From assembly GCF_040938485.1 (NCBI RefSeq), contig NW_027271394.1, positions 744,001 through 808,000 of the forward strand: DNA of 64,000 bases, in the 5' to 3' direction. The position numbers and the translations under genes are program-made. Within the stretch, counting starts at the first letter, position 1. Every line of letters begins with the position of its first letter. Under the pieces are notes generated by a model. That model had not been told where the DNA came from. It saw only the letters and a program-made list of their open reading frames with translations, and did no database searches. Below are positions 39,775 to 52,686 of the stretch, piece by piece. Source of the DNA: Diadema antillarum (taxonomy: Eukaryota).

Positions 39775-42607
39775 CATACAAGCAGAATAAGTTACCCCTC
39801 CCCCCCCAAAAAAAAAAAGAAATAAAAAAAAATGGATAAAGAAGAAAAAATACATATATACACATATACTCGACAAATTCAGTAAACACCAATAATCATT
39901 GATTGGTTGTCTCCTTACAGAAATAGCAGATAAAATATAGATATTTGATTGCCATATATTAAAAAAAAAAACAAATCAGATAAACAAAGTCTTCTATAGC
40001 CGAAATCGAGGTCTCCTCTTTATCAGATAACGAAGACCAAGAAAACATCGCTCCATTAAATCCACAGAAAAAAGACCACTTTATATAATATACCATCTTT
40101 ATGTTACACATGAAATGATCAGAATATAAAAAGTAGTAATATCATGAAGATTCTATAACCGGACAGGAGGGTGGCCTTCAACCAAATAAATGAGCTTTTG
40201 ATGGGCCTGCCACACCTAACTGACTTTGTCCTCGAAAGATGTATCATATATTTAAATATATATACATACATAAGGCCTATTTGCTTTCAAAGACATAATC
40301 TTATTTGAAGGACATGCAAGAGCATACAAACATCCTCATATAAAGTCTCCTTACAAAGGATCAAGGCAAAAAAATATATACATTTATGGAGAAAGCCTAT
40401 AGATGTCATGGCTTTTTGGGGTAGCGTCTAAAAATACCCCACTTATTATTTCCGAAACATTTTTTTTTTTAATGATCAGTGGAACTAGTGAGCAGAAATA
40501 GTGATTATAGGTGAAACGCGTTTCGTAAATAAAGATAATTTATTGGCGTCGGTCAGCATATACCTGGAACCACCACGCCCACCATTCCTGGATCCGACAA
40601 TGTATGATATCCCTGTACAACAGTTAGCGAAGCATTAAGTTAGCGAATATTATGGGGGGGGGGGGGAACGTTTGCAACTCATTCACATCCCCTTCAGATT
40701 AATCATTACTCGTAGATGTATCTGTTTTCAAGAGCACCGAAAAAATGCGTCTCTCACAGATTGAAAAGACATCGCATCGGTTTATGATGCCATATAGTAT
40801 TGAATGATTCGATCTTCAAGATTCTACCACCACTAATATTGCCTGCTGTCCTTGACGACAAATCAAAATAACAACTACAATTGCCCAGCAAAACTACCTC
40901 ATATGGGTAATAATAATGCATAATTACTGGTAAAAACGAAAGAGTCGCGGTAAGATGTGCAATACCTGCCATTTGATTTCATGTTGCGACATGCATGGCA
41001 TACACATTATCTAAGCCACTAAAAAATAACATCAAATCTAACGCACACACTCGTCCACACGAACTTGTTAAAAAATTGCATATATCTATATATTGGTCCA
41101 TTTTACCATAAGTATTTATGTATATTAATATGCATGTACATATTTTACATATGTGTATGTATACATGTGTACATATACAAAAAGCTCATCTCTGGAGGTG
41201 TATATCTTTAAGAAAAAAAAGTATTACATTTCGTTCCAAAACAAAAAATGAGTGCTGTAAACAATGGTAAAGCACAGTCAAAGCAAGACAATATATAACA
41301 CGGTGACTTGCCATTCGAATCCCATGTTGTTCTTATTATTACCACGGGATACATATAAATACAGACACATAAACACACACACACACAAACACACACTCAA
41401 ATGTATATTTCAGGGATACATTACATATGTTATACAAAATATTTTGAAAAATTTATAATGGTATCATGCCACTTAACTTGACATACTTGCACGGATGTCC
41501 ACGTAGCAGTCGTTACCTATACAAGAAGTCTTCAATCGAATGTAATTTGATATTTACTATGGATTGTGGCATAAAATTTTGATAATTCAAGAAATGCAAA
41601 ACCATGCAAATCATTCATGCCTTCAGGCGCAGTTTTCGACATTTTGCATATTTTGTTGTTTGAGAAATGTAGTATCATAGTGGTGTTTCAGCAAACAAAG
41701 AAACAAACAAACCAAACAAACATACATACTATGTGCCGATAACAAAACAGCACGTGACTAGTCCATTTCGACTTAACTCCGAAAACCCAACTTAGGTAAT
41801 TGGCGATATATAAAGATTGGGTTACAATTCGCCGGAGTCTCTTTCTAAGTAGCCGTCATTGAACAACACTGTTGACCTTGACATGCTATGGAACCCTGTG
41901 CCAAATTCTAGCTACTTGCTCTATGAGAGGATATGATATCATTACCATAAAAAGTCCATCATAAAAATAGTTTACTATGAGTGAAGGTGACTTTGCCGCT
42001 CTGAAAATCTTTTTGAAATACAATAAAAAAGCAACAAGAAGGGCAAGCATGAATCGAATGCTCCTTACTGTTTTCTGTGCAAGACTATAGTCATCTGGTA
42101 TAATGATGTGATAGCATGGGATCTATTCTGCCTGAATTGAATCAAATTGAATTGAATTGAATTGATTTGACTTGATTAGATTTATTCTCTGTAGGTCCTA
42201 TAGCATTGCTTTACAATTCCATCAATTTTCCGCAATTTCATTTAACATGAAATTGTGTATTATGCATGTGTATATTCCTTTGACATTACGCAGTATGGTT
42301 ATTTTCAACAATGTCAATAACTTTCGTTACGTGTATGCATATTATGCATTTGTAGTACATTAATAATCACACGCTTTACTATCTCAATGTCCATACTGAT
42401 TCTTATGCTATCAAACAAAAACGTGTGACTCACAAACATAATTCAGATATCAAGATGTGTTGAATGACTGCCACATTGCATAATTATCTCTACGTCCAGT
42501 AGATTGTTACAAAACGTCTACTTTACGTTACACTCTACGTTATTTTTTCTTCTTCTTCTTCTTCTTCTTTTCCTCGTAAGAGCAATTTTTATCATGCGTC
42601 GGCTTAA

Positions 42608-43230
42608 AGGACAAGTTCATGCATATATTTATACATGTGGATTGAACGAATGCAGGAATATTAGTAGAACATATCAGTGAATGTTTTAAGAAAATCTGAC
42701 GATATTTTCAAAGGTTTTACATTTTAAACTTTTCTGCGCAGTCACTCCTGGATGAGAAGACTACTATACAGTTTATAATGTCACTGCGCAGTCACTCCGG
42801 GATGAGGAGACTACTACAGTTTATGATGTCACATGCGTAGAAAGATATAATAAAGAAAATAAAGAGAGAATATAAAGATAATTTCATAAAATTTTATTTT
42901 TGGAAAAAGTACATATTCCCTCGACTTGTCACTGACGTATGTCAAGGGTAATACATTATTCCTGCCACCTTCTGAAAGAGGCAAGTCAAATGCTCTTTTA
43001 TTATACGACAAAAGTGAGAAAAATGTCCGATTTTCTTTGTATTTTTTTAAGAACAAGTTTACCTTCAAATACATGTGAATTGAGAGAATTTAGCAATGTT
43101 AGTAAAACACATCAGTGCAAGTTTGAGGAAAATCGGACAGTCCGTTCAGAAGCAATGAATTTTTGAAGTTTCAGTGCCGCCATCGCTGGATGAGAAGACT
43201 ACTAAGCTTGTGATGCCACATGTGTAGAAC
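42608..43230. mobile_element. Kolobok-like MITE with rearranged/duplicated left arm
   Basis: TTAA|AGGACAAG at 42604. The internal segment ttctgaaagaggcaagtcaa is the reverse-orientation match of the 8460 element core. The left arm recurs in direct orientation at ~43065-43230. Confidence 0.6.
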
Positions 43231-43469
43231 GATTAAGTTATACCAGGGACGTTCTTGCACATCCTTTGTAAGTATGTAGTCAACGGAAATGTATATTCCG
43301 TGATTTTGTGAAAGACGCAAATAAGACGCTCACCAAGAGATATCACGTTTTACTCGTTAGACAGAGAAAGCAATAGCCTGACAAACAGTCAACAGATCAA
43401 CAATATTTGCACGTCAGAAGCACTACTCATGACGGTGTCATAGTCACGCATTGATAAGAACAATTTCTT

Positions 43470-43815
43470 TAAAAAGAAGATTCAAGTCCAGTTAACGCTT
43501 AGTCTGATAAGACAGAGCAAAATCTTGCGAGTACAACAGTGAACATCTTATCAAAATCGGGCAAAACTTAGGGAAGCTATGAAATTGTGAAATTTTGCTA
43601 ATTTTTGCAGAACAGTTCTCGTACAGTTGATGTATGAATATGCAAATGAGTGAGTTGATGATGTCATAAGTGTCAGAAGTTGTAAAGAGATGACATCATC
43701 ACTTCACTGTTCCCATATTCATATTGACTGTACAAAACTGTTTCCTGAAAACGAGCGAAACTTTAAAATGTCATTACTTCCTTATTTTTCATCCGATTTT
43801 ATCTAAATTTTTATG
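43470..43815. mobile_element. Kolobok-like MITE (family of the 36140 copy)
   Basis: agtccag..ttagtctgataagacagagcaaaat matches the start of the 36140 copy; shared gaatatgcaaat core. Confidence 0.6.
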
Positions 43816-44443
43816 CTGTAATTAGAACATTCTAATCCCTTTCAGACCATATTACTGCACTGGCATGGCCAATACTGAATTGCAATGACCCATGCTGGAT
43901 GATGTAGAAGTGACTTGATATGTGGTATTTACTCTTTTATCAATCCACCCGCATAATTTCAATGATTTGATTCGAATGAATTTCATCTCTTTTCATGGAG
44001 AGATTATTTTTTTCACTTGCTTTTTTTTAAAGATTAACATGATTAAGCAAAACCCCTCTCCTTAAATCTACTGACTTTCATCCGATTTTTCGCTGTTATG
44101 TATTGATGTCTGTCCGCTAGACACAATTATCATTCTTGGGTGGAGATAACAATTGTTCCTGATGCTCAGATAAAATTCTTTCTCCTCTGAAAGGCTGGAA
44201 AAAGGAGTCCACTCTCCTTGCAGTGATAGCGACCGTTAGATCTCGCACTGAATTCACGAGGGTCGTCTTTCATTTGGCACAGCAGCTGCGGGACGCTGTA
44301 AGACAGAAGGTGTACTTGATGCACAACAACCTGCATTAAATTACGCTGTCAAATTCGACACGACGAGAGTTATTAAGTTGTTTTCTGAGTGCTGTCACAG
44401 AAAAAAAAAAAAGCTCTTCATACACTGGTCACAACAAAACACA

Positions 44444-44491
<48 letters not shown>

Positions 44492-44651
44492 ACAAACATA
44501 TTATAGTCATCGTCTTCCTTTTCATCTTCACCATCATCACCGTCATCATTTTCACCACTGACTAACATGCTGTGATGCAGTAATCCCTATGTGTGAATCG
44601 AAACCTTTATAGAATTTGAAAATCCAAAAGACACGGTACAATATCACTCCT

Positions 44652-44783
44652 NNNNNNNNNNNNNNNNNNNNNNNNNNNNNNNNNNNNNNNNNNNNNNNNN
44701 NNNNNNNNNNNNNNNNNNNNNNNNNNNNNNNNNNNNNNNNNNNNNNNNNNNNNNNNNNNNNNNNNNNNNNNNNNNNNNNNNNN
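44652..44783. other. Assembly gap (132 N)
   Basis: N run. Confidence 1.
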
Positions 44784-44990
44784 AACTGAAGTGAATCTAT
44801 AATTTCCTTCTTCAGCATCAAATTAGAATGCGATGGAAATTTGAGAACTTATCTTAACTATTTTCTTGCTGTGTTTTTGATTTAAAAAAGAAAGAAATAA
44901 ATGGAAAGATTCGCCCTGACTACAAATATAATCGTGAATACCTGCCGGGAGACTGAACTTAAAAATGAAAAAATGGTTTCTTCATATCTA

Positions 44991-44991
<1 letters not shown>

Positions 44992-45047
<56 letters not shown>

Positions 45048-45116
45048 AGAGATTGTTCCCTTCCCAAATGTACACGGTGCCTCATTGTGGGTACCATAAT
45101 AATGAAAGAAATTCGA

Positions 45117-45158
<42 letters not shown>
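44992..45158. repeat. Two (AT)n arrays separated by ~80 bp
   Basis: Direct reading. Confidence 0.95.
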
Positions 45159-45160
<2 letters not shown>

Positions 45161-47154
45161 CTAAGTTCCTTAGGTGGGAAATCAATCTATGAGATTGTGA
45201 TGAGGGACTACTATAATCCAAAACTAGATTGAGAAAAAGATTGACTTCTAAATCTATAAGGTTGAGATTAGCAATCTAATTTTGGATTGTCCCTCATTTC
45301 ATTCAAAAGTATTTAGGTATTGATGGATATAATATATATTTGCGGACAAAACAAAACGACATACACACAATGAATTCAATGAAACAAGAGACAGCATCCA
45401 TCTTTAATTACGTACAAACACAGAAAACGTCCACCTTTGTATAATTGTATAGACCCTGTTCAGCTGCACCACTGTAAATAAAATGTAAAAAGTCGATACT
45501 ACTTGTAAAATTTGCCTGGAATTTGTATTGCGATTAATACAGCGCTAGATAGACACAGGTTTGATGGATATCATAGAGAAACAATTAGTAATCACATAAA
45601 AACATCACAAATCTGTAATGCAGCTAAAATGTAGTGGGTTCGAGAGCAATATAACGAACTCAGCTCAGCAAAATCTGAGTACACTTGACGGGAATATCGT
45701 TTTTTCATTATCTTATAATTTCCAACGGAAATCCGTCCCAGTTATTACTCCCAGTGGCTAAAGTACGATAACTGTAGTGAACCAGTACATGAGATATTTG
45801 AAGAATTGATAGATTAATATGTTAAATCTATTATTTCTGTAGCGGTTTATATTATGATCCTTTAATTGTGGTTACATAGATTTTCAACCGTAATAACATC
45901 ATGCGGATTTCAAGAACAACGTTGGATTTCAAATCTTGATTCTTGGGTCATCAATGTCACTTTTGTACGGTAAGTTAGCATTCTGATACATTAAAATAGA
46001 TTTTCATGATCCTGTAAGCAGCGAGTATAGCCAATCAAGGAAACGCCTAACCGAACACAAAAAGAAGTACTCGGGACCACGAGATGACATCTGCAGACAT
46101 CGTGTTCAACCCGTGTAGTCAACCCTGTCTTGGCGGTTGTTCTCATGTATCCTTGAAAACGGAACCCATAAAAAATAAACACACACCGAGAGAGAGATAG
46201 AAATAAAAAAAACAACGAACAGAATACCACGCGAGAAAGACATGATTTTGTCATAAAAAGAGCGGCGTAAAAACCCGCTTTGTAGACCAGAGCCATGGAA
46301 AAAAATCCCATTGCTTTGAAGCAGCACACAGAGTCTCATTCAGTACTTCATCATGAACATGCAATGCAGCCATCTATGTGTCTCTTGAAGTGCTTTGAGG
46401 TATTCAAATTGTCTACAATATTTACAGAGTGAAAAAAGATGATAATAAAACACAACGACAACATGATGGCACAAAGTATCTTAAGATGTACCAGGCAGCT
46501 GCATTAAACATTTCTACCCGGAAAAAAAAAACTTCTAAAAAATCAATATCGTGTATAAAATTGACAAACAATTCGCACACATCTTTGTGAGAGTCAGTAT
46601 GGTTCTGATAGCTCTGACTCTTTAAAGTCATTATAATGCGTGGTCATTACTTTCTCTCTTTTTTTTTCTTTACTTGTAAGTGATTAATGAAGGCAAATAT
46701 CCCAGAGACAGGCTGGACCAGGATGTTTCACAATCTATGTTGCTACATTTTGAGATCCGATGAGGACCACAGTGGTTATTTCACGTTAGGGACAGGACAA
46801 GGAAATGCCTTGAGTTTCATTTTCCCCACTTAAGTGTAACACGTATCTATAAGACGTAATTATGATACATTTGTTTTTATGGAATTTAGGTAGATACTTT
46901 CAAAAGAAACTATTTTGATTTGAAATTCTTTTTTTTTAACGAGCTATGGCTGTTTAACCAACAGTTTTCTGAGGACGATGAGTATACACCACATTTTCTG
47001 TTTGTTTTGTGAAAGATTTGTTTGCGATGCTCATGCCAGCACACGACAACTCGTTGGCAGTACAAATTGTATGGGTTGTAGGGAATTTACATCGCGCATT
47101 ATCGTGACATTTCTTGAATGCCAAGAACTACATCGTCACACAGAAGTGCACTTA

Positions 47155-47315
47155 CAGGGGCGGATCCAGAAATTCTGTAAAAAAAAAAGGGGGGGCGCAA
47201 CTAATATTTCTGGTGCCACTTCCGGGTTTCATTCCATTTTTTTCTTTTGTTTTTAAGGAAAAATAGAGGGGGGGGGGGCGTGCGCCGGTTGCGCCCCCCT
47301 CTGGATCCGCCACTG
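47155..47315. mobile_element. 161-bp MITE with 16-bp TIRs and a CACTTA target duplication
   Basis: Left CAGGGGCGGATCCAGA; reverse complement of the right end CAGTGGCGGATCCAGA (15/16). CACTTA at 47149-47154 and 47316-47321. Confidence 0.85.
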
Positions 47316-50300
47316 CACTTAAATGGTTTTGGAGTAGAACTCTGACTTCTTTTGAGTAGGAACACATGAAGCGCCGCGCAACACGCGCTCGCTTGTTGCC
47401 CCCTGCAAAGACTCTTGTAGAGGGGTGCATGATATTTTAAATGCCATTTAATCCTTATCCATCAAAAAGATTTACTGACATTTCACGAAAGATTATTACA
47501 AAATGAACCAATTATTGACATCATTGTGAACGTGACTATTCAAAGTAATAAAAAAAAAATCACTGCCTCACGGCCAGTATGTGTTATCTGACGTTTAGAT
47601 GTTGATCCCAGCTGAAAAAAACAACATTTAAACTATCGTCTTGTACACTTACAGCACACGATGAAAGTCAAATTATTGCGGTAACAAAAGTCTTTGGTTA
47701 AATCATCAAAACATAACACATAAGGTTATCTATATTATTAAACGAGCACGCAGGCAACCTAGCATACGCTGTCTTGCCCACAAGAGAAGAAAATTAAATG
47801 CTAGCACAACTCTCTATAGGTTTATCCAAACGACGAATGTTTACAGGCAGCTGCACGATTTTGGTCTGTTGTCATGGATACATTTATTGAGCTAGCATTT
47901 TGAGTTGAGTACAAGTAAAGAAAGACGAAAAATGCTATGACCAAAACAGCAAAAAAAAAAAGTAAAGTATATTGCAGCTATATAATCAAAGCCAAATAGG
48001 CACATCAGTCCTGTATGAATTATACTTCTTCGGTTTACACGCGCAGCTTCACTATTTTAGCATAACTTTTACGTTTATCATTTTGGCATTCATTTCTTCC
48101 CTTCTGCGGTGTAATAGTATGGGTGTGTGCTGTCATAATTATTAAGTTTAATACGAAAGAACTCAAGAAGAAATCAACGACATTGTAAGAGCATCGTGGC
48201 CAGCCTCAACAAGTTTGAAATTTGAATCACTTTCTTACAGCAGCATGAGGCTGCAAGACGTATAATAAAAAATGACAATTTTCTCCATTACTTCAACTGA
48301 GCAATGGGACGACTGAACTCCTGGAGCATCATTGAAGCTGTGAGTGGTGATTCCAAATGATGTTGAAGACGTTGTCCGTGGCACTTCGTTTCTGTTCCAC
48401 GATTTCAGCCTCATTAAGTGGTTCTTTCCTATGAGAATAAAGACTTCATTCTACTGGATAAAAACGTGAGCACAAGGAATCCTTTTTCCCCCATGATGCT
48501 GACATCATGGTTGTAGCCATGGCAACAGACAAGATTGGAGAATGCTTTACCTGTTTGCCAAAAGAAAGACTTGCACTGGCTCTATAACTGGTTAAGGCCA
48601 ATGGCCACAGAAATTTTGTGAGTCATCTCAACTCCTTCAAACAAGATCTCAATAAACTTGGTGAGACGAAATAGGCAAAAAGGGCGTTTTGATGTGGTTG
48701 ACTCAGTCTGACTGCAGTTCTTGTGGCGAATAGGTTCTGTTGACGGGCAGAAAACGTAGGTTGCAGTAGCAAGGCTTGGATGACAGAAAATTAGCAACCC
48801 ACGACAATTTTAGGCGATACCAACAAATATTCTTTTTTTCTTCAGAAGGAAAGCAACATATTTCACATTACCGTTTTAACAAAGTTGGCACTAAATATTT
48901 TGATTAATCCAGAAGCGCTTTCGTGAAAAACAACTTTTAGAGCGCTCATCAGTTTAAAAATACACTTCTTATTTGTTGCTATTATACTGCTGCCAATAAT
49001 TCACAGTCACCATCTTAAATGGTGTATTTTCAAACACCCATTTGTTAAATAGACGTATATCGTATCACTGCTATAGCAGGGAAAACAATGTTAATAACAA
49101 GATCAAGAAAGGCTTACGTAATGTACACAAGACTACCAATAGCGAATTACATATGAATACGTAAATCGTTAAGACCTATACATTCGAATGCATTTTGAAA
49201 AACATTCTTTCACACACACACACACAGACTGAAAAATTACACACATACACACTTGCATACGTATCATACGTGGACACCAAAAGACAGTCAAAATGACAGA
49301 TAGAGATACATACTGACAAACATGTAGACAGACAGACATCTGCAATAAAATGTTAGGAAGGATCACCCTTTACAGTTCCATCCACTCATAACAAACAGTT
49401 TCTGCTCTTGTATCTTCACTTTCGTTTCCTCCTACCCCAGATATATTTACATTGCAACAAACCTGACAGTTTGTGCTCACAAAATGTATCTTACACTATA
49501 CTTTATGCTATACATGTTAGTAAACTCGCGTGATGTGTACCAGTTTTAACGGCACTTGAATAAGTTACAATATTTGCCATTTCGTGGCGTTTTGCTGGTG
49601 ATTGTGTTGCTTCTCCTCAAGACATTTTATATCACCAGCTTGAATCTTACACAAAACAGCATGCGCTCTGCGCATCTTCCCTTAACTTTTATATTCTACC
49701 AGGCGGGGAAGTTACCAAAAGAAGAAGCCTTTTTTGACGAGAGTCGTCACAATAGAGCTTCAAATATCACATCATTTTGTTTAAAGTACACTTGAAATAA
49801 TTATCATAGTTTATATACGCACGAACCAATATGAAGAGCTACATGTACTTATGAAATTACATCAGCTACAAGACCAAGGCAGTCATGTTTCAAAGGCCGA
49901 TAGGATAAGACAAACTACCCACGTTCACGCTCTTAAATATTTCTCTCATACTGGCGTTTTCTACTGCTTTCAAGCAAGATGAAGAAGACTCTTTCGAGTA
50001 GCTTCCCCGCCCAAATTTCTTTCTTTTTACGTACCGGCACTCACTTCACTTTTTTCCCCGTATGTGTATGCATTGCGAAGTCAAGATAAGTAACAAACAC
50101 GTCATCCAGCCTTCAAAATCACTCTCTCTCAGTCGTTCTCGTAGGCACCGCTACCAGCTTCAGTTGATGAAGCGACAGATACCTTAAAGAATGATCGACC
50201 GACAAAGTGAAGACTTCACGTGCCAAAAACATATCATCACGCACTGCTCTTCGTGAAAACACGTAGGCCTACTGTAAGTACTAATTTTTGCTTTAGTTCA

Positions 50301-50352
50301 TCCTTTGTCCTTTCTCTCTTGTCTGCAAGTTCAAGAAATATGCGTCAGTTAA

Positions 50353-50842
50353 CCCTATTTTAATTGGGCTATTTGAGACCAAGTTTTTACGGGGGGGGGG
50401 GGGTCAATTTGACCCACCATTCAGATCTCGGCCGCCGATGGCGCGATCGCCGCAAAATTTTGCCGGAATATAGATCCGGACGTCATCTACAAGATTAAAT
50501 GGTCATGCAATAGAAAAATATTGACTTTCTATTTTTAGTAAATTAATTATACAAATTGCAAAAAAAAAATGCAAAAAAAAAAAACCCACCACAATTTGCA
50601 TTGGATTTGCACACGATATCATGAATTTGAGCTATTTTCGGGTTGACATGCATATGCAAAACATTACGTAACTTCAGAACGGTGTACCCGGACGTCGCAA
50701 ATTTGGTCTCAAAATATGCGGGAGACTTCAATGAAAAAAGTTATGAAACGACGCGGCAAAATCTTTGCGCGTTGCGGAATCGTGGCGCGAAATGTCGGGG
50801 TGGGGGGTCAGTTTGACCCCCCCCCCCCCCCCCCCGTTAGGG
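50353..50842. mobile_element. piggyBac-like MITE
   Basis: TTAA|CCCTA at 50349-50357 and TAGGG|TTAA at 50838-50846; sub-terminal G-run-tca(a/g)tttgaccc motifs near both ends. Confidence 0.8.
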
Positions 50843-51273
50843 TTAAGATCGGATGGAAAAACAGAGGAGGATTCCATTAGAATATTTAGGTAAATGTTTA
50901 GATTAAGTTTTTTTATACTCATCTGCCCATCACAAGAAGGCATACATAGACTTGAATAAGTAACTATTGGACGACTGGTAACTGGTTAAAGATAATACCT
51001 ACCAACGATAATTGGGCTGTTTTGTGTTAACACTTAAGAAAAACGCCCTGTTTCTTTTATCGAGACAGAAGTCACGTATTAAACGATGAAAAAGAAAAAA
51101 AAAACCGGCGTGCAGTTCTACTGCGATTAGCTTTGACAAATGATCTTCGTTATTCTCTTCTACACACACGACCAAAATCTGACTACATTAGGCAGACACC
51201 ATAATGGAAATTTCTATTAACTCTCCAATTGCATAACTAAAATTCACGATCACACACGTCACGAGGTTTGTCT

Positions 51274-51279
51274 TTTATT
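51274..51279 (-). promoter_or_regulatory. Candidate polyadenylation signal (AATAAA) of NR6A1
   Basis: AATAAA on the minus strand about 320 nt after the stop, followed by a GT-rich tract (gtgacgtgtgtgatcgtg). No transcript evidence; a longer UTR is possible. Confidence 0.35.
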
Positions 51280-51597
51280 TGCTTTTGTCCCACTGTTTTT
51301 CGCATTTAGTATGAAATAGCCTTTGATACTATTTTAACCACATCCCCACACTACATACTCAAACACACATCCCCAAAGACCCTCCCTTGCCCATTTCAAA
51401 GATATTTTCCCCAAATATTCCCAGTGGGGTCCCCGTTTCTACAACTTAAGCAAGTTTATGCAGCAATTCTAACGCCTAAGTGCTCTCCCCTTAAATCGTA
51501 TTCTCTGCTCCGAGAGGATAAACACCCTCGCTGCTACATCATCATTCCAGCCGCCGATCTAACGCCGGCGCTGTCACAAGCCTCTCTACGCAGTACG

Positions 51598-51836
51598 TCA
51601 GCGCTTGCTGCCCGTTACGCCGGCGTGCATGATGGCCTTGAAGAGCAGCGGTGCGTTGTTGAACGAGATGGCGTTGCACTTGGCGGCCAGGTGCCGGATC
51701 TGCGGTATGAGGATGAGGAGCTCGCGGAAGCGGTCCGCTGCGATGTTGTTGTTCAGCTGCACGTGGTCGTGGAGTACATAGTAGTACTGCTTGCTCAGGT
51801 CCTTAATGAGTGCTACCTTGGTCAGGTTCGGGACCT
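51598..51836 (-). CDS. NR6A1: GCNF/NR6A1 terminal coding exon (LBD helices 9-12), EVPNLTKVALIKDLSKQYYY...DRFRELLILIPQIRHLAAK...PLLFKAIMHAGVTGSKR*
   Basis: Acceptor gcttttttttctgtccacag|AG GTC CCG (phase 1, matches the upstream donor). ORF track 51598-51870. The ending resembles vertebrate GCNF RFPDLMMCLPEIRYIAGK...PLLFKVVLH. Stop TGA at 51600-51598. Confidence 0.93.
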
Positions 51837-52323
51837 CTGTGGACAGAAAAAAAAGCACACCACAGTGCATGGTACTAACGATTACTTCAAGGAATGGTAA
51901 TTATTACATAGATCTATATCTCAACCAAATTCATTGCTGATACCGAATTTCACAAAAGCCCCAGTTCTCTTCCTCAATTCTACGTAACAACTGTATCATT
52001 TTTTAATTGATTCACTGGCAGCCCCCTTCTGCAATGTAAATTTTCAGGATTAGAAATGTGAGAAATGTGTTTGGGTTTTCGTTTAAAGTAAAGATATGTA
52101 GTAACATTCAAATTTCGTAGTGTTTTATACTCAAGACAAATATCAGACAAACAAACCTCTTATTACAAGTAAACGCAGGTGGGAGAGAGTAACAACGAGA
52201 GAAAAGACTAAGCAGCACCCAAGCACAAGAATACTGTTCTTGTAAAGTAAAAGTTGGACATCTCCACTTCAAGGACCCGGATCTTCCTTCCTCCTAATGT
52301 ACGTATCATCAACGGAATAACTT

Positions 52324-52488
52324 CAGGGGCGGATCCAGGAATTCGGTAAAAGGGAGGCGCCTTTATAGAATTAAACGGGGTGCACGCGCCTCCCCCCACC
52401 CCATTTTTCCTTTTTATTTCTTTTGGTTTAACAAAAAATAAAGAGGGCCCACGCACTCTGTGCGCCCCCCCCCCCCGATCCGCCAGTG
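52324..52488. mobile_element. MITE of the CAGGGGCGGATCC family in the last NR6A1 intron
   Basis: Left caggggcggatcc, right gatccgccagtg; no intact TSD seen. Confidence 0.7.
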
Positions 52489-52686
52489 TTGGTATGAATG
52501 TTAGGGCCAAAGCGTTCTCTATATGTAATATGTTTGTTTGTTTGTTTTGTTCGTGTACCGAAACCTGGCTCTTTAACTAGCAAAGGTTAAAGACGTATAT
52601 TCTTTAGTACTTGCAGTCATTTTATGCTACTGATTAAAATGCTAAGGGTATGTGCTTGGGGAGAGGTTCAAGGTTGATGGCGTTAC

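Noticed and set aside
41873-41884. Near-DR0 site ATGTCAAGGTCA (GCNF-type); similar at ~31106
   Set aside because: Isolated, apparently within repeat-derived sequence, and at chance-level frequency.
44205-44330. Short open frames with AG/GT-like borders on both strands
   Set aside because: Under 60 codons, no homology recognised, no partner exons; insufficient support.
44992-45158. Paired (AT)n arrays as a cruciform or structured element
   Set aside because: (AT)n is trivially self-complementary; ordinary microsatellites near an assembly gap.
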